Positions 1-10,337 of a DNA stretch of 64,000 nt are shown one piece after another. The position numbers were made by a program, and so were the translations under genes. This DNA comes from Candidatus Binatia bacterium (GTDB lineage: Bacteria > Desulfobacterota > Binatia > Bin18): positions 1-64,000 of the forward strand of contig CAXXHG010000046.1 in assembly GCA_963666315.2 (NCBI GenBank), given 5' to 3'. The notes under the pieces are model-generated. The model ran no database searches and was not told the origin of the DNA. It saw only the letters and a list, made by a program, of their open reading frames with translations. Positions within the stretch are counted from its first letter, which is position 1, and every line of letters begins with the position of its first letter.

Positions 1-211
1 ACCTCACCGCTTGCTCGCTTGATGTCATAGAGCATCAGGGGCAATTCATCCCAGAAGAAAATAGTGATCTGCTCTTGGTTTTCACCGAGGTCTTCAATAG
101 TTTTGCTCAAGAGCTCTTTCCAATGCGGAGCTTCGATCATACTTTCGGAATCAGACTATCCCGACCCACGACCTCGGCCGAAGGAATGTAACCACCGCGG
201 TTCGCTTTCAT
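1..211 (-). pseudogene. AAA/P-loop ATPase remnant with internal deletion; runs off the window
   Basis: Manual translation: MKANRGGYIPSAEVVGRDSLIPKV* (211-137), then from ATG 140 in another frame MIEAPHWKELLSKTIEDL...IFFWDELPLML (Walker B-like). No Walker A between them. Confidence 0.55.
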
Positions 212-228
212 AGCTAAAAACCTCTTTG

Positions 229-289
229 TACGTCAAAATTCACGTATTCTTAATATACGTCATTTTCAACGTACGTCAAGATTAACGTA
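229..289. promoter_or_regulatory. Three TACGT-N8-ACGTA inverted-repeat operator-like sites
   Basis: 229-246 TACGTCAAAATTCACGTA; 256-273 TACGTCATTTTCAACGTA; 272-289 TACGTCAAGATTAACGTA, in an AT-rich divergent intergenic region. Confidence 0.7.
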
Positions 290-425
290 TATAACTCAGG
301 TAAACGAATTTCTTGTCTTGTCAAGACAAGTGGAGAAGCAATACCGCAGTCCAGGTGTTTAACGTTGCCAGAGCGTCGGTTTAGTGATAGGGCCAGCGGG
401 GGATATTGAGCGAGAGGACGTTGTG

Positions 426-1061
426 ATGAAGCACCAAATATTCAGGTCAATAAACCTACTTCTCTTATCTTTACTGCTCCTTATGTGCCCCATCTATTCT
501 GTCTTGCCAGTCTCGCCGGCCTCAGCCAACGATCCTTTGGAAAAGAAGTTGAAGGAATTGATTGTTGGTGCTCAAGAAAAAATAGAGCAGTCGGAACCCG
601 TTTTTCATGATGATTACTTCCAGCAATGGGCGAGGCTGGTCTTTGGCATACGATACATGACCTATATCGTGGACACGCGCGATCCAGAAAAGACGCTGGG
701 TATCGTCACCTTTACGTGTAAAGTGACTCAGAGCGATTTCTTTCCGACCAAGGAGGAAGCCGCGAAGGCTCCGATCAAGAATATGGTCCCGAAACTCATC
801 CCGTGTCGCGCGACCTACCAATGGAAAGCAGACAGCTGGGAGTACGCCGGCGGGGAAATCTATGCCCGCAGAGGTGAATGGAAGCCGATTGCAACCGACA
901 AACCGGATGCCTTCCCTCAGCTCTATTTTGACCTTATGCGAGGTCGGCCGAACAAAGAATACGGCCCACAAAATCAGAAAAATCAGAAAAATCAGCAAGA
1001 GCAAGCAACCACACAAGAGCAATCCTCGACTGAATCGATGGCTGAGGCAGCGGCGCCTTAA
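426..1061 (+). CDS. Hypothetical exported protein
   Basis: ORF with signal-peptide-like N-terminus (MKHQIFR..LLLLSLLLLM..ASA) and Q/N/K-rich tail; start taken at ATG 426. Confidence 0.6.
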   Translation: MKHQIFRSINLLLLSLLLLMCPIYSVLPVSPASANDPLEKKLKELIVGAQEKIEQSEPVFHDDYFQQWARLVFGIRYMTYIVDTRDPEKTLGIVTFTCKVTQSDFFPTKEEAAKAPIKNMVPKLIPCRATYQWKADSWEYAGGEIYARRGEWKPIATDKPDAFPQLYFDLMRGRPNKEYGPQNQKNQKNQQEQATTQEQSSTESMAEAAAP

Positions 1062-1103
1062 AAAAGGCGTGCCCTAGAAAGCTGCGCCCTAAAAGGGCGT
1101 GCC

Positions 1104-2366
1104 TTAATAAAACGCCAAGCTAGCAAAGCTGACTGAAGACTGTGTCTGCTGATCGAGGGACCGATCATATTTGAGCAGTTTTCCTTCTGCCGCTCCAATC
1201 GTCTCTAAGAACGTATACATCGGCGCAAACCCACACACCCGGCGGCGATCGTTGTCCTTTGCGATCTGCTGAAAAAATCCCGTCGCATCAACCTCCTCTA
1301 AGGCACGGATCAATACCCGGTCTTCCGCTTCTACCCAATCAAGGAATTGTGGAGTCAACTCACCTCGGTCACCAAACTTCTGGCCAACATGGGCAAAGTC
1401 CACTCCAGCCACCAGACAGACCTTTTGATCGCTATGGGCTATCGTCTCTTTCAATGCCTGTATAAACGACGCCACATGTGGATCTTCGATCGGTGGGTTT
1501 TTGCTCCGCAGCAGGTGGTGAAACGAAGATACCAGAACCGGAACAACGGAGAAGTCTCGTTTGCCGCCCAAGACGTGCTGGAGAAACACGGCTTGAAACT
1601 CGAGCGAATGCTCGGTCCGGTGGAGTACTTCATCCGCAAACAGGTCGCCGGTATAGCGGCTCTGTAAGCCGCGTATAAACTCACGATTCGTGTGGACTAA
1701 CCCGTAGGGCGTGTTGTAGTCCTTTTCGGTTGTGATAAAAAGATGGCTGAGGCCGTAATGTGAGGTTCCCAGTAGGACAAAGACGTCCGCATCACACTGC
1801 TCGGCCAGCTCCTTATACGCCCAGGCATAGCACGGCCCGCCGACCCGCAGATCGATATGTGGGGCGATTATCCCCTGCACTCGGGATTGTTCTGGTGCTT
1901 CCTGGGACACGACGCCCGGGCCCTCGTCACCACAGAAAAATCCGGCGAGCTGAGCCGCGCACTCCTCAGTTTGAGAAGAATAGCACGTATCGGCGTGCGC
2001 CATTTCTCGAACGGGGGAGCGCCGAAAGGCCTCAAGCACCTCGTGTTGTAATTCAGCAAATCGGGCACTGTCCAGATAGTAATGCGCATCAAGCTGGTCG
2101 ATGATGTCCTGGATTTGGTCACGCAGAATAACCTGACCAAATTGGCGCGAAAATGCTTCTTGGATATCAAGCAGGGAGTGCTGACCATCGAAATGGCTCG
2201 CAATAAAATATGTGGCATACGGTAGGAGTAATGGCTCTGTGGCGTAGTTGAGCGGATCCCGAATATAGATACGCGTGCTCTGCTCGACTTCGACCGGAAC
2301 CGCTTCAATAAGTCTGAGCTTAGGCACTGTTGACTGGGCGGCCAGGGTTTTCTGTTCATCCGCCAT
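1104..2366 (-). CDS. amrB: AmmeMemoRadiSam system protein B (MEMO1 family) with N-terminal PqqD-like extension
   Basis: Motifs IIAPHID, LGTSH, EHSLEFQ, DFAHVG, VCGFAP; start at ATG 2366 after AGGAG. Confidence 0.85.
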   Translation of the reverse strand: MADEQKTLAAQSTVPKLRLIEAVPVEVEQSTRIYIRDPLNYATEPLLLPYATYFIASHFDGQHSLLDIQEAFSRQFGQVILRDQIQDIIDQLDAHYYLDSARFAELQHEVLEAFRRSPVREMAHADTCYSSQTEECAAQLAGFFCGDEGPGVVSQEAPEQSRVQGIIAPHIDLRVGGPCYAWAYKELAEQCDADVFVLLGTSHYGLSHLFITTEKDYNTPYGLVHTNREFIRGLQSRYTGDLFADEVLHRTEHSLEFQAVFLQHVLGGKRDFSVVPVLVSSFHHLLRSKNPPIEDPHVASFIQALKETIAHSDQKVCLVAGVDFAHVGQKFGDRGELTPQFLDWVEAEDRVLIRALEEVDATGFFQQIAKDNDRRRVCGFAPMYTFLETIGAAEGKLLKYDRSLDQQTQSSVSFASLAFY

Positions 2367-2476
2367 ACCTGTTTCTCCTCGTCTTGTGTCAACTGCTGCG
2401 GATAGGCGCGCTCTTAGGGTGACGCCTGGTCGCACTCATGGTATAGCATGTCCAACCGTTCCGGGGGAATAATATT

Positions 2477-3439
2477 ATGGCTGATGCGTTGCTCTCTTGC
2501 GGTGTTCCACTTCGCTCCGCAGTTGTTGGTGTTGGGTATCTTGGACGCTTTCACGCCCGAAAATACGCCCGCCTAGAAAACGTAGTTTTGGTCGGCGTTG
2601 TGGATACTGATGCGGCGCGCGCAGCAGAGATTGCGGCTGAGTGTCAGACAACGGCCTTGACCGATTACCACGAGCTTTTTGGGAAGGTAGACTGCGTCAG
2701 CATCGCGGTCCCGACACACTGCCACCATGCTGTCGCACGGGACTTTCTGACTCACGATATCGATGTTTTAGTCGAAAAGCCACTGGCGGCAACTGGGGCA
2801 GAAGGACACGATCTGGTAGACACGGCGGCGCAGTATGGACGCATACTCCAGGTCGGACATCTGGAACGCTTTAATCCGGCCCTGCGCTCGCTGAGCGGCA
2901 TTCTCACCGCTCCACGCTTTATCGAATGCCAGCGTGTCGCCCCTTTTGTTGAACGGGGAACGGATGTGGACGTGATTCGAGATCTCATGATCCACGACCT
3001 AGATGTCATTCTGAGCCTTGTCCGCTCACCCGTGGTCTCGCGCGAAGCTTTTGGCGTCCCGGTGCTGACAACTGAGCCGGATATTGCCAACGTCCGCTTG
3101 CGGTTTGCCTCAGGTTGTATTGCCAATATCACCGCCAGTCGGGTTGCCCTCAAACAGGAACGCAAGATGCGCGTCTTCCAGCAGGATACCTATCTCGTGG
3201 TTGATTACGGCGCGCATACTATCCGCATCTGCCGCCGCGGACCCGCATCAGACCCGACCGGCATGCCCAACCTCTCCTTCGAGGAACGAGAAGTTGGTGG
3301 CGAAGATGCGCTGGAGGAGGAAATCCGAGCCTTTATTCGCGCCGTTCTGGAGCGCAGCACGCCGATTGTCAGCGGTCAGGATGGGCTCCAAGCGTTAGAA
3401 GAAGCCGAGCGCATTGTCGAGGTCTTGGAGATTCCCTAG
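2477..3439 (+). CDS. gnnA: Gfo/Idh/MocA oxidoreductase, probable UDP-GlcNAc 3-dehydrogenase (GnnA-like)
   Basis: GVGYLG Rossmann motif, VEKP, GHLERFNP, DLMIHDLD; abuts lpxB. Confidence 0.75.
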   Translation: MADALLSCGVPLRSAVVGVGYLGRFHARKYARLENVVLVGVVDTDAARAAEIAAECQTTALTDYHELFGKVDCVSIAVPTHCHHAVARDFLTHDIDVLVEKPLAATGAEGHDLVDTAAQYGRILQVGHLERFNPALRSLSGILTAPRFIECQRVAPFVERGTDVDVIRDLMIHDLDVILSLVRSPVVSREAFGVPVLTTEPDIANVRLRFASGCIANITASRVALKQERKMRVFQQDTYLVVDYGAHTIRICRRGPASDPTGMPNLSFEEREVGGEDALEEEIRAFIRAVLERSTPIVSGQDGLQALEEAERIVEVLEIP

Positions 3440-4563
3440 TGCGGATTCTGTTGGTTGCGGGAGAAGCGTCGGGGGACTTGCACGGGGCCGATCTGGTCTC
3501 GGCCCTCAAAGCGCACCAGCCTCAGATCGAAGTCTTCGGTGTAGGCGGACCGGCGCTGCGCGGCGTCGGTATGCAAATCTTGGTCGATACGGCAACCATC
3601 GCCGGCATGGGCTTGTTTGAAGCCGCAGATAAGGTCCGCGCTATCCTGCGCACCTATCGAAAGCTGACAGCCCTGCTCCGCACCGATCCTCCCGATCTCC
3701 TGGTGCTGATCGATTTTCCGGAATTTAATTTGCGTTTGGCAAAAATTGCCAAACGCGTTGGCGTGCGCGTTTTTTACTATATTAGTCCGCAGGTCTGGGC
3801 GTGGCGTAAGCGGCGGGTCTGCACCATAGCCAAGCGGGTAGATTTGCTGGCCGCAGTCTTTCCTTTTGAACCGGATTTCTATGCCGCGCATGGCTGCTCG
3901 GTTGAATTTGTCGGCCATCCACTTGTTGATCGGGTGCGGCCGACTCGGTCACGGAATGACACCTTGCAGCGCTATCAGCTCGATCCGAGCCGCAAGACCA
4001 TTGTGCTCTTACCGGGGAGCCGCACCCAGGAAGTGCGCTACCTGCTCCCTCCCCTCCTGCAAGCGACAACTACCCTGGGCGCTACGTATCAATTCGTCCT
4101 GGCTGTGGCCTCTACGCTTGATCAGCAAACGCTGCGGGCCGAAGTAGAAGCGCACTCCGCCAGCATGCAGGTCGTTCAGGGCGATACCTACAACCTACTG
4201 CACGCCGCTGACCTCGCCATCGTTGCCTCCGGCACGGCCACACTAGAGACCGCACTGCTGGAGCGGCCTATGGTCATCGTGTATCGTATGGCCCCATTAA
4301 CCTACGCCCTGGCCCGCCTGTTTGTCCGGGTGCCGTACATCGGCATGCCCAACCTTATTGCCGGGCGGTGTGTCGTTCCTGAGCTCATTCAAGGCCAGGT
4401 GACCGCCCCGAATATTGCGGCCGCAGCCCGGCAGTTGCTTACGGATTCCCACACATATAGCGTAGCCCAAGAGGGATTACGCGAGGTTCGGAAACGTCTC
4501 GGAGAACCCGGCGCAGCCAAGCGGGCGGCCGGTTTAATTGCCCAAATGTTGGAAGGAACGTAG
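3439..4563 (+). CDS. lpxB: Lipid-A-disaccharide synthase
   Basis: AGEASGD, IDFPEFN, SPQVWAWR, FPFE, LLPGSR, SGTATLE. Confidence 0.97.
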   Translation: MRILLVAGEASGDLHGADLVSALKAHQPQIEVFGVGGPALRGVGMQILVDTATIAGMGLFEAADKVRAILRTYRKLTALLRTDPPDLLVLIDFPEFNLRLAKIAKRVGVRVFYYISPQVWAWRKRRVCTIAKRVDLLAAVFPFEPDFYAAHGCSVEFVGHPLVDRVRPTRSRNDTLQRYQLDPSRKTIVLLPGSRTQEVRYLLPPLLQATTTLGATYQFVLAVASTLDQQTLRAEVEAHSASMQVVQGDTYNLLHAADLAIVASGTATLETALLERPMVIVYRMAPLTYALARLFVRVPYIGMPNLIAGRCVVPELIQGQVTAPNIAAAARQLLTDSHTYSVAQEGLREVRKRLGEPGAAKRAAGLIAQMLEGT

Positions 4564-4660
4564 AGAGCACCCCACTGCTGGAGAGCGGGAGAACAGGACC
4601 CCATCGCTCTCGCTCATTGCGCTCATCCAACGTAATAGACGCTCATAGACAACACTGCTT

Positions 4661-6400
4661 ATGGATATTTATCGCCGTCTGCTGCCTTTTTTACGACCGT
4701 ATTTGTTCCGCGCGTTTATACCTGCGGTCATTTGCATGGTCTTATTTAGCGCAACCACTGGGGCTCTGCCTTTTCTGGTAGAACACGTCTTTGACGATAT
4801 TTTTGCGAAAAAGGATCTTGATGCACTGCGTACCCTGCCCCTCATCATTATCCTTACCTTTTGCTTACGGGGCGTGTGTAATTTTGGCCACGTCTATCTC
4901 ATGGAGTATGTGGGCCAGCGGATTGTTGAAGATTTACGCAATACGCTGAATGCCCATCTCCAATCCTTGTCGCTTTCTTTTTTTCAGCGCCATCCCACCG
5001 GCACCCTGATCTCGCGTGTGTGCAGTGACACCTTGCTCGTGCGCCAAGCGCTTACCCAAGCCACGGCCTCAATGATGCGCGACGCAACCACACTCATAGT
5101 CCTTATTGTGGTTGCCTTCTTAAAAGACTGGGTGCTGGCGTCCCTGGCCTTTATTGCCTTTCCCGCCACCATACTGCCCCTCATGCGGATCTACCAAAAG
5201 GTTCGCCGCTTGAGCCGCAAAGGTCAAGGATCGCTCGGCTATTTGTCAGCCCTGCTCCAAGAGACCATTCAGGGCACTCGCGTGGTCAAAGCCTTTGGCA
5301 TGGAAGCGTATGAAAACGCCCGTTTCGCCGCCGAGAATCATCGTCTGTATCGCCATGCGATCCAGGCCGGACGTTTGAAAGCCTTTGTGCCCTCCATGGT
5401 CGAGCTTCTCGCGGCCTGTGGCATTGCCGCCGTTGTGTGGTACGGCGGTGCGAGCGTGATTGAGGGTGAGCGAACGCAGGGCGGATTTGTCGCCTTTCTG
5501 ACTGCCATGCTCCTCATTTATCAACCGTTCAAGCACCTGACTCGAACGAACACTGCGGTCCAAAACGGCCTGGCTGGAGCCGAACGTCTCTTTGAGATCC
5601 TGGATGCACGTAGCGATGTAGAAGAGCGCCCCCACGCCCGCTCCATTAGCAGTTTCAGTCAGGGCATAGAGTTCCACAACGTTTCATTTCGCTACCAGGA
5701 AAATTGGGTCTTGCGCAATGTCAATCTGAGTATAGGCCTAGGCCAGGTCGTCGCCCTGGTCGGACCCAGTGGGGGCGGAAAAAGCACCCTGGCAGACCTC
5801 ATCCCGCGTTTCTACGATGTCAGTGACGGGCGGATTACCTGTGACGGCATGGACGTCCGCGACCTCACCTTAGCTTCACTGCGCTCCCAGATCGCTATCG
5901 TCACCCAAGCGACATTCTTGTTTAACGACACAGTTCGGAACAATATTGCGTACGGCATGCCCGAACGACCCGAGGCAGAGGTCATTGCTGCAGCCAAAGC
6001 CGCGCACGCGCATGAATTTATCCTGGCCCAGCCGCAGGGCTATGACACCATGATCGGCGAGCTGGGCGCTCGCCTCTCCGGCGGAGAACGGCAGCGGCTG
6101 ACCATTGCCCGCGCACTCCTAAAAAACGCACCGGTCTTAATCCTCGACGAGGCAACATCCTCGCTTGATAATGAGTCAGAACGTCTGGTCCAGGCGGCTA
6201 TCGAACGTCTCATGATAGGCCGGACGGTACTCGTCATCGCCCATCGCTTGTCCACCATACACCGCGCAGACCGGATTGTTGTCCTGGACAATGGCACCAT
6301 CGTGGAAGAGGGACCGCACCAGGAACTCTGGGCACAGAACACGCATTACCGACGTTTATACGAGCTGCAGTTCCGCGACGTGCCACTTCCGGCTGCCTAG
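4661..6400 (+). CDS. msbA: Lipid A export ABC transporter
   Basis: TM domain plus GPSGGGKST, LSGGERQ, ILDEATS; lipid A operon context. Confidence 0.92.
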   Translation: MDIYRRLLPFLRPYLFRAFIPAVICMVLFSATTGALPFLVEHVFDDIFAKKDLDALRTLPLIIILTFCLRGVCNFGHVYLMEYVGQRIVEDLRNTLNAHLQSLSLSFFQRHPTGTLISRVCSDTLLVRQALTQATASMMRDATTLIVLIVVAFLKDWVLASLAFIAFPATILPLMRIYQKVRRLSRKGQGSLGYLSALLQETIQGTRVVKAFGMEAYENARFAAENHRLYRHAIQAGRLKAFVPSMVELLAACGIAAVVWYGGASVIEGERTQGGFVAFLTAMLLIYQPFKHLTRTNTAVQNGLAGAERLFEILDARSDVEERPHARSISSFSQGIEFHNVSFRYQENWVLRNVNLSIGLGQVVALVGPSGGGKSTLADLIPRFYDVSDGRITCDGMDVRDLTLASLRSQIAIVTQATFLFNDTVRNNIAYGMPERPEAEVIAAAKAAHAHEFILAQPQGYDTMIGELGARLSGGERQRLTIARALLKNAPVLILDEATSSLDNESERLVQAAIERLMIGRTVLVIAHRLSTIHRADRIVVLDNGTIVEEGPHQELWAQNTHYRRLYELQFRDVPLPAA

Positions 6401-6404
6401 CCCT

Positions 6405-7142
6405 ATGTCCGATTCTCTACGCATGCCCGCCGGGACGCCAGATCAAGCAGGTCAAGCCGACCCCTTTGGCAGGCAGCCGCAGTTTCCATTTGGTGAAGAA
6501 CTCAAGATCCGTGTGTGGGCCAGGCTGGCTTTTGCTGTGCTGTGGTTCCTCAAGGTCACTACCCGAAAACACTACATCTGGTCAGATGATCTGCTTCCCC
6601 GCTGGAAGCAGGGTGACCGGGTCATCATGGCTTTTTGGCATAGTCGAATTCTGCTGATGCGTTTTGCCTATCGAGGCCACAAGGCCGTCACGCTGAACAG
6701 CCCTCACCGCGACGGCGAGATTGTCACGCGTGTCCTCAAGCGATTCGGCATTACCGCCGTTCGCGGTTCTTCGTCCCGTGGTTGGGTCGGCGGACTCAAA
6801 GGGATGGTCGCGGCGTATCGACTCGGCTACGATCTGATTGTGGTTCCGGACGGACCACGCGGGCCATGCGACCAGGTCAAATCCGGCATACTCCAGATGG
6901 CGCGCATAACCGGTGCGCCAGTCTATCCGACCACCTATAGTGCCGCCTGGCATATGCGGATTAAAAGTTGGGATCGGCTTATGATTCCGTTCCCCTTCAG
7001 TCGTGTGGTGTATATGGTCGGACCACCGATTTTCGTCCCAGAGGATGCCACGCCGGAACAAATGGAACACAAGCGCCAAGAATTGGAAGAGCGTTTGCTC
7101 GCCATTACACGCCAAGCCGACGCGTATTTCGACCAGAGATGA
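6405..7142 (+). CDS. DUF374 lysophospholipid acyltransferase family (LpxJ-like late acyltransferase)
   Basis: AFWH, HRDGE, VRGSSSRG, PDGPRGP, SWDR..IPFPFSR. Confidence 0.85.
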   Translation: MSDSLRMPAGTPDQAGQADPFGRQPQFPFGEELKIRVWARLAFAVLWFLKVTTRKHYIWSDDLLPRWKQGDRVIMAFWHSRILLMRFAYRGHKAVTLNSPHRDGEIVTRVLKRFGITAVRGSSSRGWVGGLKGMVAAYRLGYDLIVVPDGPRGPCDQVKSGILQMARITGAPVYPTTYSAAWHMRIKSWDRLMIPFPFSRVVYMVGPPIFVPEDATPEQMEHKRQELEERLLAITRQADAYFDQR

Positions 7143-8443
7143 GTCTCTTTCTCTACAATCTGCTTCTTTCGATATTGGCCCTGATCGTGCTTCCGTTTGT
7201 GGTCCTAACCCTCTTGCTGCGCCCGCGTTACCGTCTGGGGCTGGCTCAACGGCTCGGATTTCTTCCGCCGTCAGTCTCCGAACTGGCCCAGCGCGCATCC
7301 CCCCTGTGGCTCCACGCGCCGTCTGTCGGTGAGCTACTTGCCACCCGGCCATTCCTGCAAACCCTCAAGCAGCGCTTCCTCGACCGGCCTCTGCTGATTT
7401 CCGTCCAGACTGCCACCGCGTATTCGGCAGCCCTCAAACACTGTCCGGAAGCGGATGGAGTCATATATTTCCCGCTCGACCACCCCCTGTTTGTCAGGCG
7501 TGTCCTCAAACAACTCAAGCCGGCGGTCTTCTTTTTTACGGAGACGGAGATGTGGCCGAACATGTTGTCGAGTCTCGTGCAGCGGAATGTTCCGACTATT
7601 CTGGTCAGCGGTCGTTTTTCTAGACGAGCCCAACGCCGGTATGGATTGCTCTCGCCGCTCTTTCGACCCATTTTTCACAGCACAACGGCATGCTGCATGC
7701 AAACGACGGAAGACGCCGAGCGCTTGGTTGCAGCGGGTGCCTCTCCACAGCGCGTCCATGTCACTGGGAATTTTAAGGTCGATGGAGTCAGTGCCGGCAA
7801 CCCGGCAGGAACGGCAATTCTGGAGCGAGCAGGCCTAGCCGATCGCCCCCTCCTGATCTGCGCAAGCACCCATCACCCGGAAGAGGACATCCTGTTGCGG
7901 ACCTATCGCAAACTCAGCACCACGGTGCCTCGCCTGCTCCTCTTGCTTGCCCCACGGCATCCGGAGCGTTTTGGCGCGGTCGAGAGCCTGCTAAAGAACG
8001 GCGGCTATCGCTACGTCATACGCAGCGCACTGTCCGATTTCTCCGAACCGACGACCGAAGTCTTACTCTTGGACACACTCGGAGAACTGGCGAGCTTCTA
8101 CGCTTCGGCCGCCCTCGTCTTTGTGGGCGGCAGCTTAATTCCAGGTCCTGGCGGACATAGCGTTATTGAACCGGCTCTCGCCGGCGTGCCGGTCTGTTTT
8201 GGTCCATACACACGGAACTTTACCTCTATAGTCGCGAGTCTCAAAAAAATGGGCGGCGGCATTGAAATTCGAGACGAACAGAGTTTATACGCAGCAGCCC
8301 TGCCCCTGCTGACCGATGCACACGCACGGATAGAGGCCGGTCAGCAAGCCCGCAAGACAATCCAACAGGAGCAGGGCGCAGTCGACCGGACCCTGATAGT
8401 CGTTCTCAAATACTGCCCACCTCCGCCACCGGTCGCGCACTGA
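7139..8443 (+). CDS. waaA: Kdo transferase
   Basis: WLHAPSVGE, ETEMWPN, ASTH, APRHPER, DTLGEL, GGHS.IEP. Confidence 0.95.
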   Translation: MSLFLYNLLLSILALIVLPFVVLTLLLRPRYRLGLAQRLGFLPPSVSELAQRASPLWLHAPSVGELLATRPFLQTLKQRFLDRPLLISVQTATAYSAALKHCPEADGVIYFPLDHPLFVRRVLKQLKPAVFFFTETEMWPNMLSSLVQRNVPTILVSGRFSRRAQRRYGLLSPLFRPIFHSTTACCMQTTEDAERLVAAGASPQRVHVTGNFKVDGVSAGNPAGTAILERAGLADRPLLICASTHHPEEDILLRTYRKLSTTVPRLLLLLAPRHPERFGAVESLLKNGGYRYVIRSALSDFSEPTTEVLLLDTLGELASFYASAALVFVGGSLIPGPGGHSVIEPALAGVPVCFGPYTRNFTSIVASLKKMGGGIEIRDEQSLYAAALPLLTDAHARIEAGQQARKTIQQEQGAVDRTLIVVLKYCPPPPPVAH

Positions 8444-8452
8444 GAAGAGGCT

Positions 8453-9571
8453 ATGGCACTGCTCCACTCTCTCGCCCACACAATCTGGAACCGTCAGGGT
8501 CTGGGCGGCAAGCTGGGTTGGGCAGCGCTCGTCCCTTTCGCGCTGGGATTCTCCGCCTTGGCCCGTGGTCGCAATATCCTCTACGACCACAGGCTCTTGC
8601 CCAGCGAACGGCTACCGTTTCACATCATTAGTGTCGGCAATCTCACCGTCGGGGGGACGGGTAAAACCCCTTTTGTGTTGTGGTTAGCACGCGCCCTGCA
8701 AGCCCGGCAGCACAGTGTGGGCATCGTGTGCCGTGGGTATAAAGGACGCAGCAGTGGGATCACGATAGTCGGCACCAACGGACACCCCCAGGCTACTCCA
8801 GTTGAGGTCGGCGACGAAGCCGTTATGTTAGCCCGCACATTTTTCGGCGTCGTGCTGGCCGGGCGTGACCGCGTTCAAGCGGCGCGGCAGGCACACCAGA
8901 ATTTCGGTCTGAATGTCTTGATTCTGGATGATGGTTTTCAGCACCGGCGGCTAGGACGCAGCCTCGACCTAGTGCTCATTCATGCTCGGCAGGGAATCGG
9001 CAATGGCTGGCTCCTACCCGCTGGCCCGCTGCGTGAGCCGCTGAGCGCGCTCCGCCGCACAGACATCGTCATCTTGACCAAAGGCCAGAATCTCCCCAAC
9101 CAAAATTCCCAAGATCACGAACTTCAGGACCTCCAGCACCCACCCTTTTCTTTCGACACGCATAATAAACCCTGCTTTCGTGCGGACCTGCGCCCTACCG
9201 TCCTGATTCAGTCAGAACACGGGCAGTGGCGGGAACTGCCACTCCTACGCTTAGCCGAGAAAAAGGTCCTGCTAGTGAGCGGAGTTGCAGATCCGTCGCT
9301 CTTCCACCGATTTGTGAGGGAAACCGAAGCCGAAATCATTGACGTGATAGAATTTCCTGACCATCACGTTTATACACAAAGGGACTGGCAAGCCATGACG
9401 GCAGCCGGCCGCAGGTGCGATCTTATTGTGACAACGGAAAAAGATCTGGTGAAGCTCGAGAAATTTCCATTTACCCCGGGCAAGCTCATGGCCTTACGGG
9501 TTGAGATGGTTGTCAAAGAGGCAGCCCAATTGCTCACGCATATCGAGCACCGGCTGGGTGATACGAAGTAA
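8453..9571 (+). CDS. lpxK: Tetraacyldisaccharide 4'-kinase
   Basis: [42 protein letters not shown]. Confidence 0.96.
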   Translation: MALLHSLAHTIWNRQGLGGKLGWAALVPFALGFSALARGRNILYDHRLLPSERLPFHIISVGNLTVGGTGKTPFVLWLARALQARQHSVGIVCRGYKGRSSGITIVGTNGHPQATPVEVGDEAVMLARTFFGVVLAGRDRVQAARQAHQNFGLNVLILDDGFQHRRLGRSLDLVLIHARQGIGNGWLLPAGPLREPLSALRRTDIVILTKGQNLPNQNSQDHELQDLQHPPFSFDTHNKPCFRADLRPTVLIQSEHGQWRELPLLRLAEKKVLLVSGVADPSLFHRFVRETEAEIIDVIEFPDHHVYTQRDWQAMTAAGRRCDLIVTTEKDLVKLEKFPFTPGKLMALRVEMVVKEAAQLLTHIEHRLGDTK

Positions 9572-9599
9572 GAGACTTACGAAAGAATAGACTACTCAT

Positions 9600-10337
9600 A
9601 TGGCAGCCCCGTTTCTGATTCAGGCCGTTTCCGACCTGCTGGCCGACATCCCGGACGATGGCAAGACTTTGCTCGATCTCAGTTGTAAAGAAGGCGATAT
9701 ACTCCAGTCTTTACATGCCCGCCGTTTTAGTCTGAGAGGAACGAACTTCGAGGAGAGTGGTCCGCAGCAGGACGGCATTCCCATCGACTACGGAGTCGAT
9801 TTGCGCAAACGCCTGCAGTACGATGATGCCAGCTTCGACGTCGTTCTCCTGGTCGAGGTCATCGAACACTTGTCCGATCATCAAGCTGCGCTGGGCGAGT
9901 TGTCCCGCATCCTCAAACCAGGTGGCGTACTGATACTCACCACGCCGAATATCATGCGGCTGAATTCCCGCGTGCACTTTCTCCTGAGCGGGTATCACAA
10001 GACCAAGCGACGCTTCATTCCCTTTGACACCCCGCTCGACCAAGCCCATCGGTTTCATAATTACCCTATTGATCTGCCGATTTTGTATTATTTGTGTAAG
10101 CAGAACGGACTGGAATTCGAACACATGGGCCACAGCAAGGTGAAATTCTACTCTCGCTTTCTTCTTGCCGTGCTCGGCCTGCCGGTGCTGGCTTATACCT
10201 GGTACACCCTCTGGATACGAGAGAAAAATCCGCGCCAGCAGCAAGAAAATATGCGCCTCTTACGCTGGCTACGTCATCCACGGCTGTTAATGGAAGACAA
10301 TTTGGTTCTGCGGCTACGCAAAGTCGAGACCGGCTAA
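9600..10337 (+). CDS. Class I SAM-dependent methyltransferase
   Basis: LLDLSCKEG, FDVV..EVIEHL, RILKPGGVLILTTPN. Confidence 0.85.
   Translation: MAAPFLIQAVSDLLADIPDDGKTLLDLSCKEGDILQSLHARRFSLRGTNFEESGPQQDGIPIDYGVDLRKRLQYDDASFDVVLLVEVIEHLSDHQAALGELSRILKPGGVLILTTPNIMRLNSRVHFLLSGYHKTKRRFIPFDTPLDQAHRFHNYPIDLPILYYLCKQNGLEFEHMGHSKVKFYSRFLLAVLGLPVLAYTWYTLWIREKNPRQQQENMRLLRWLRHPRLLMEDNLVLRLRKVETG

Noticed and set aside
1053-1112. Four ~15-bp units G[C/T]GCC[C/T]TA.AAA between convergent genes
   Set aside because: Short mini-hairpins best explained as a terminator or slippage; too small to support more
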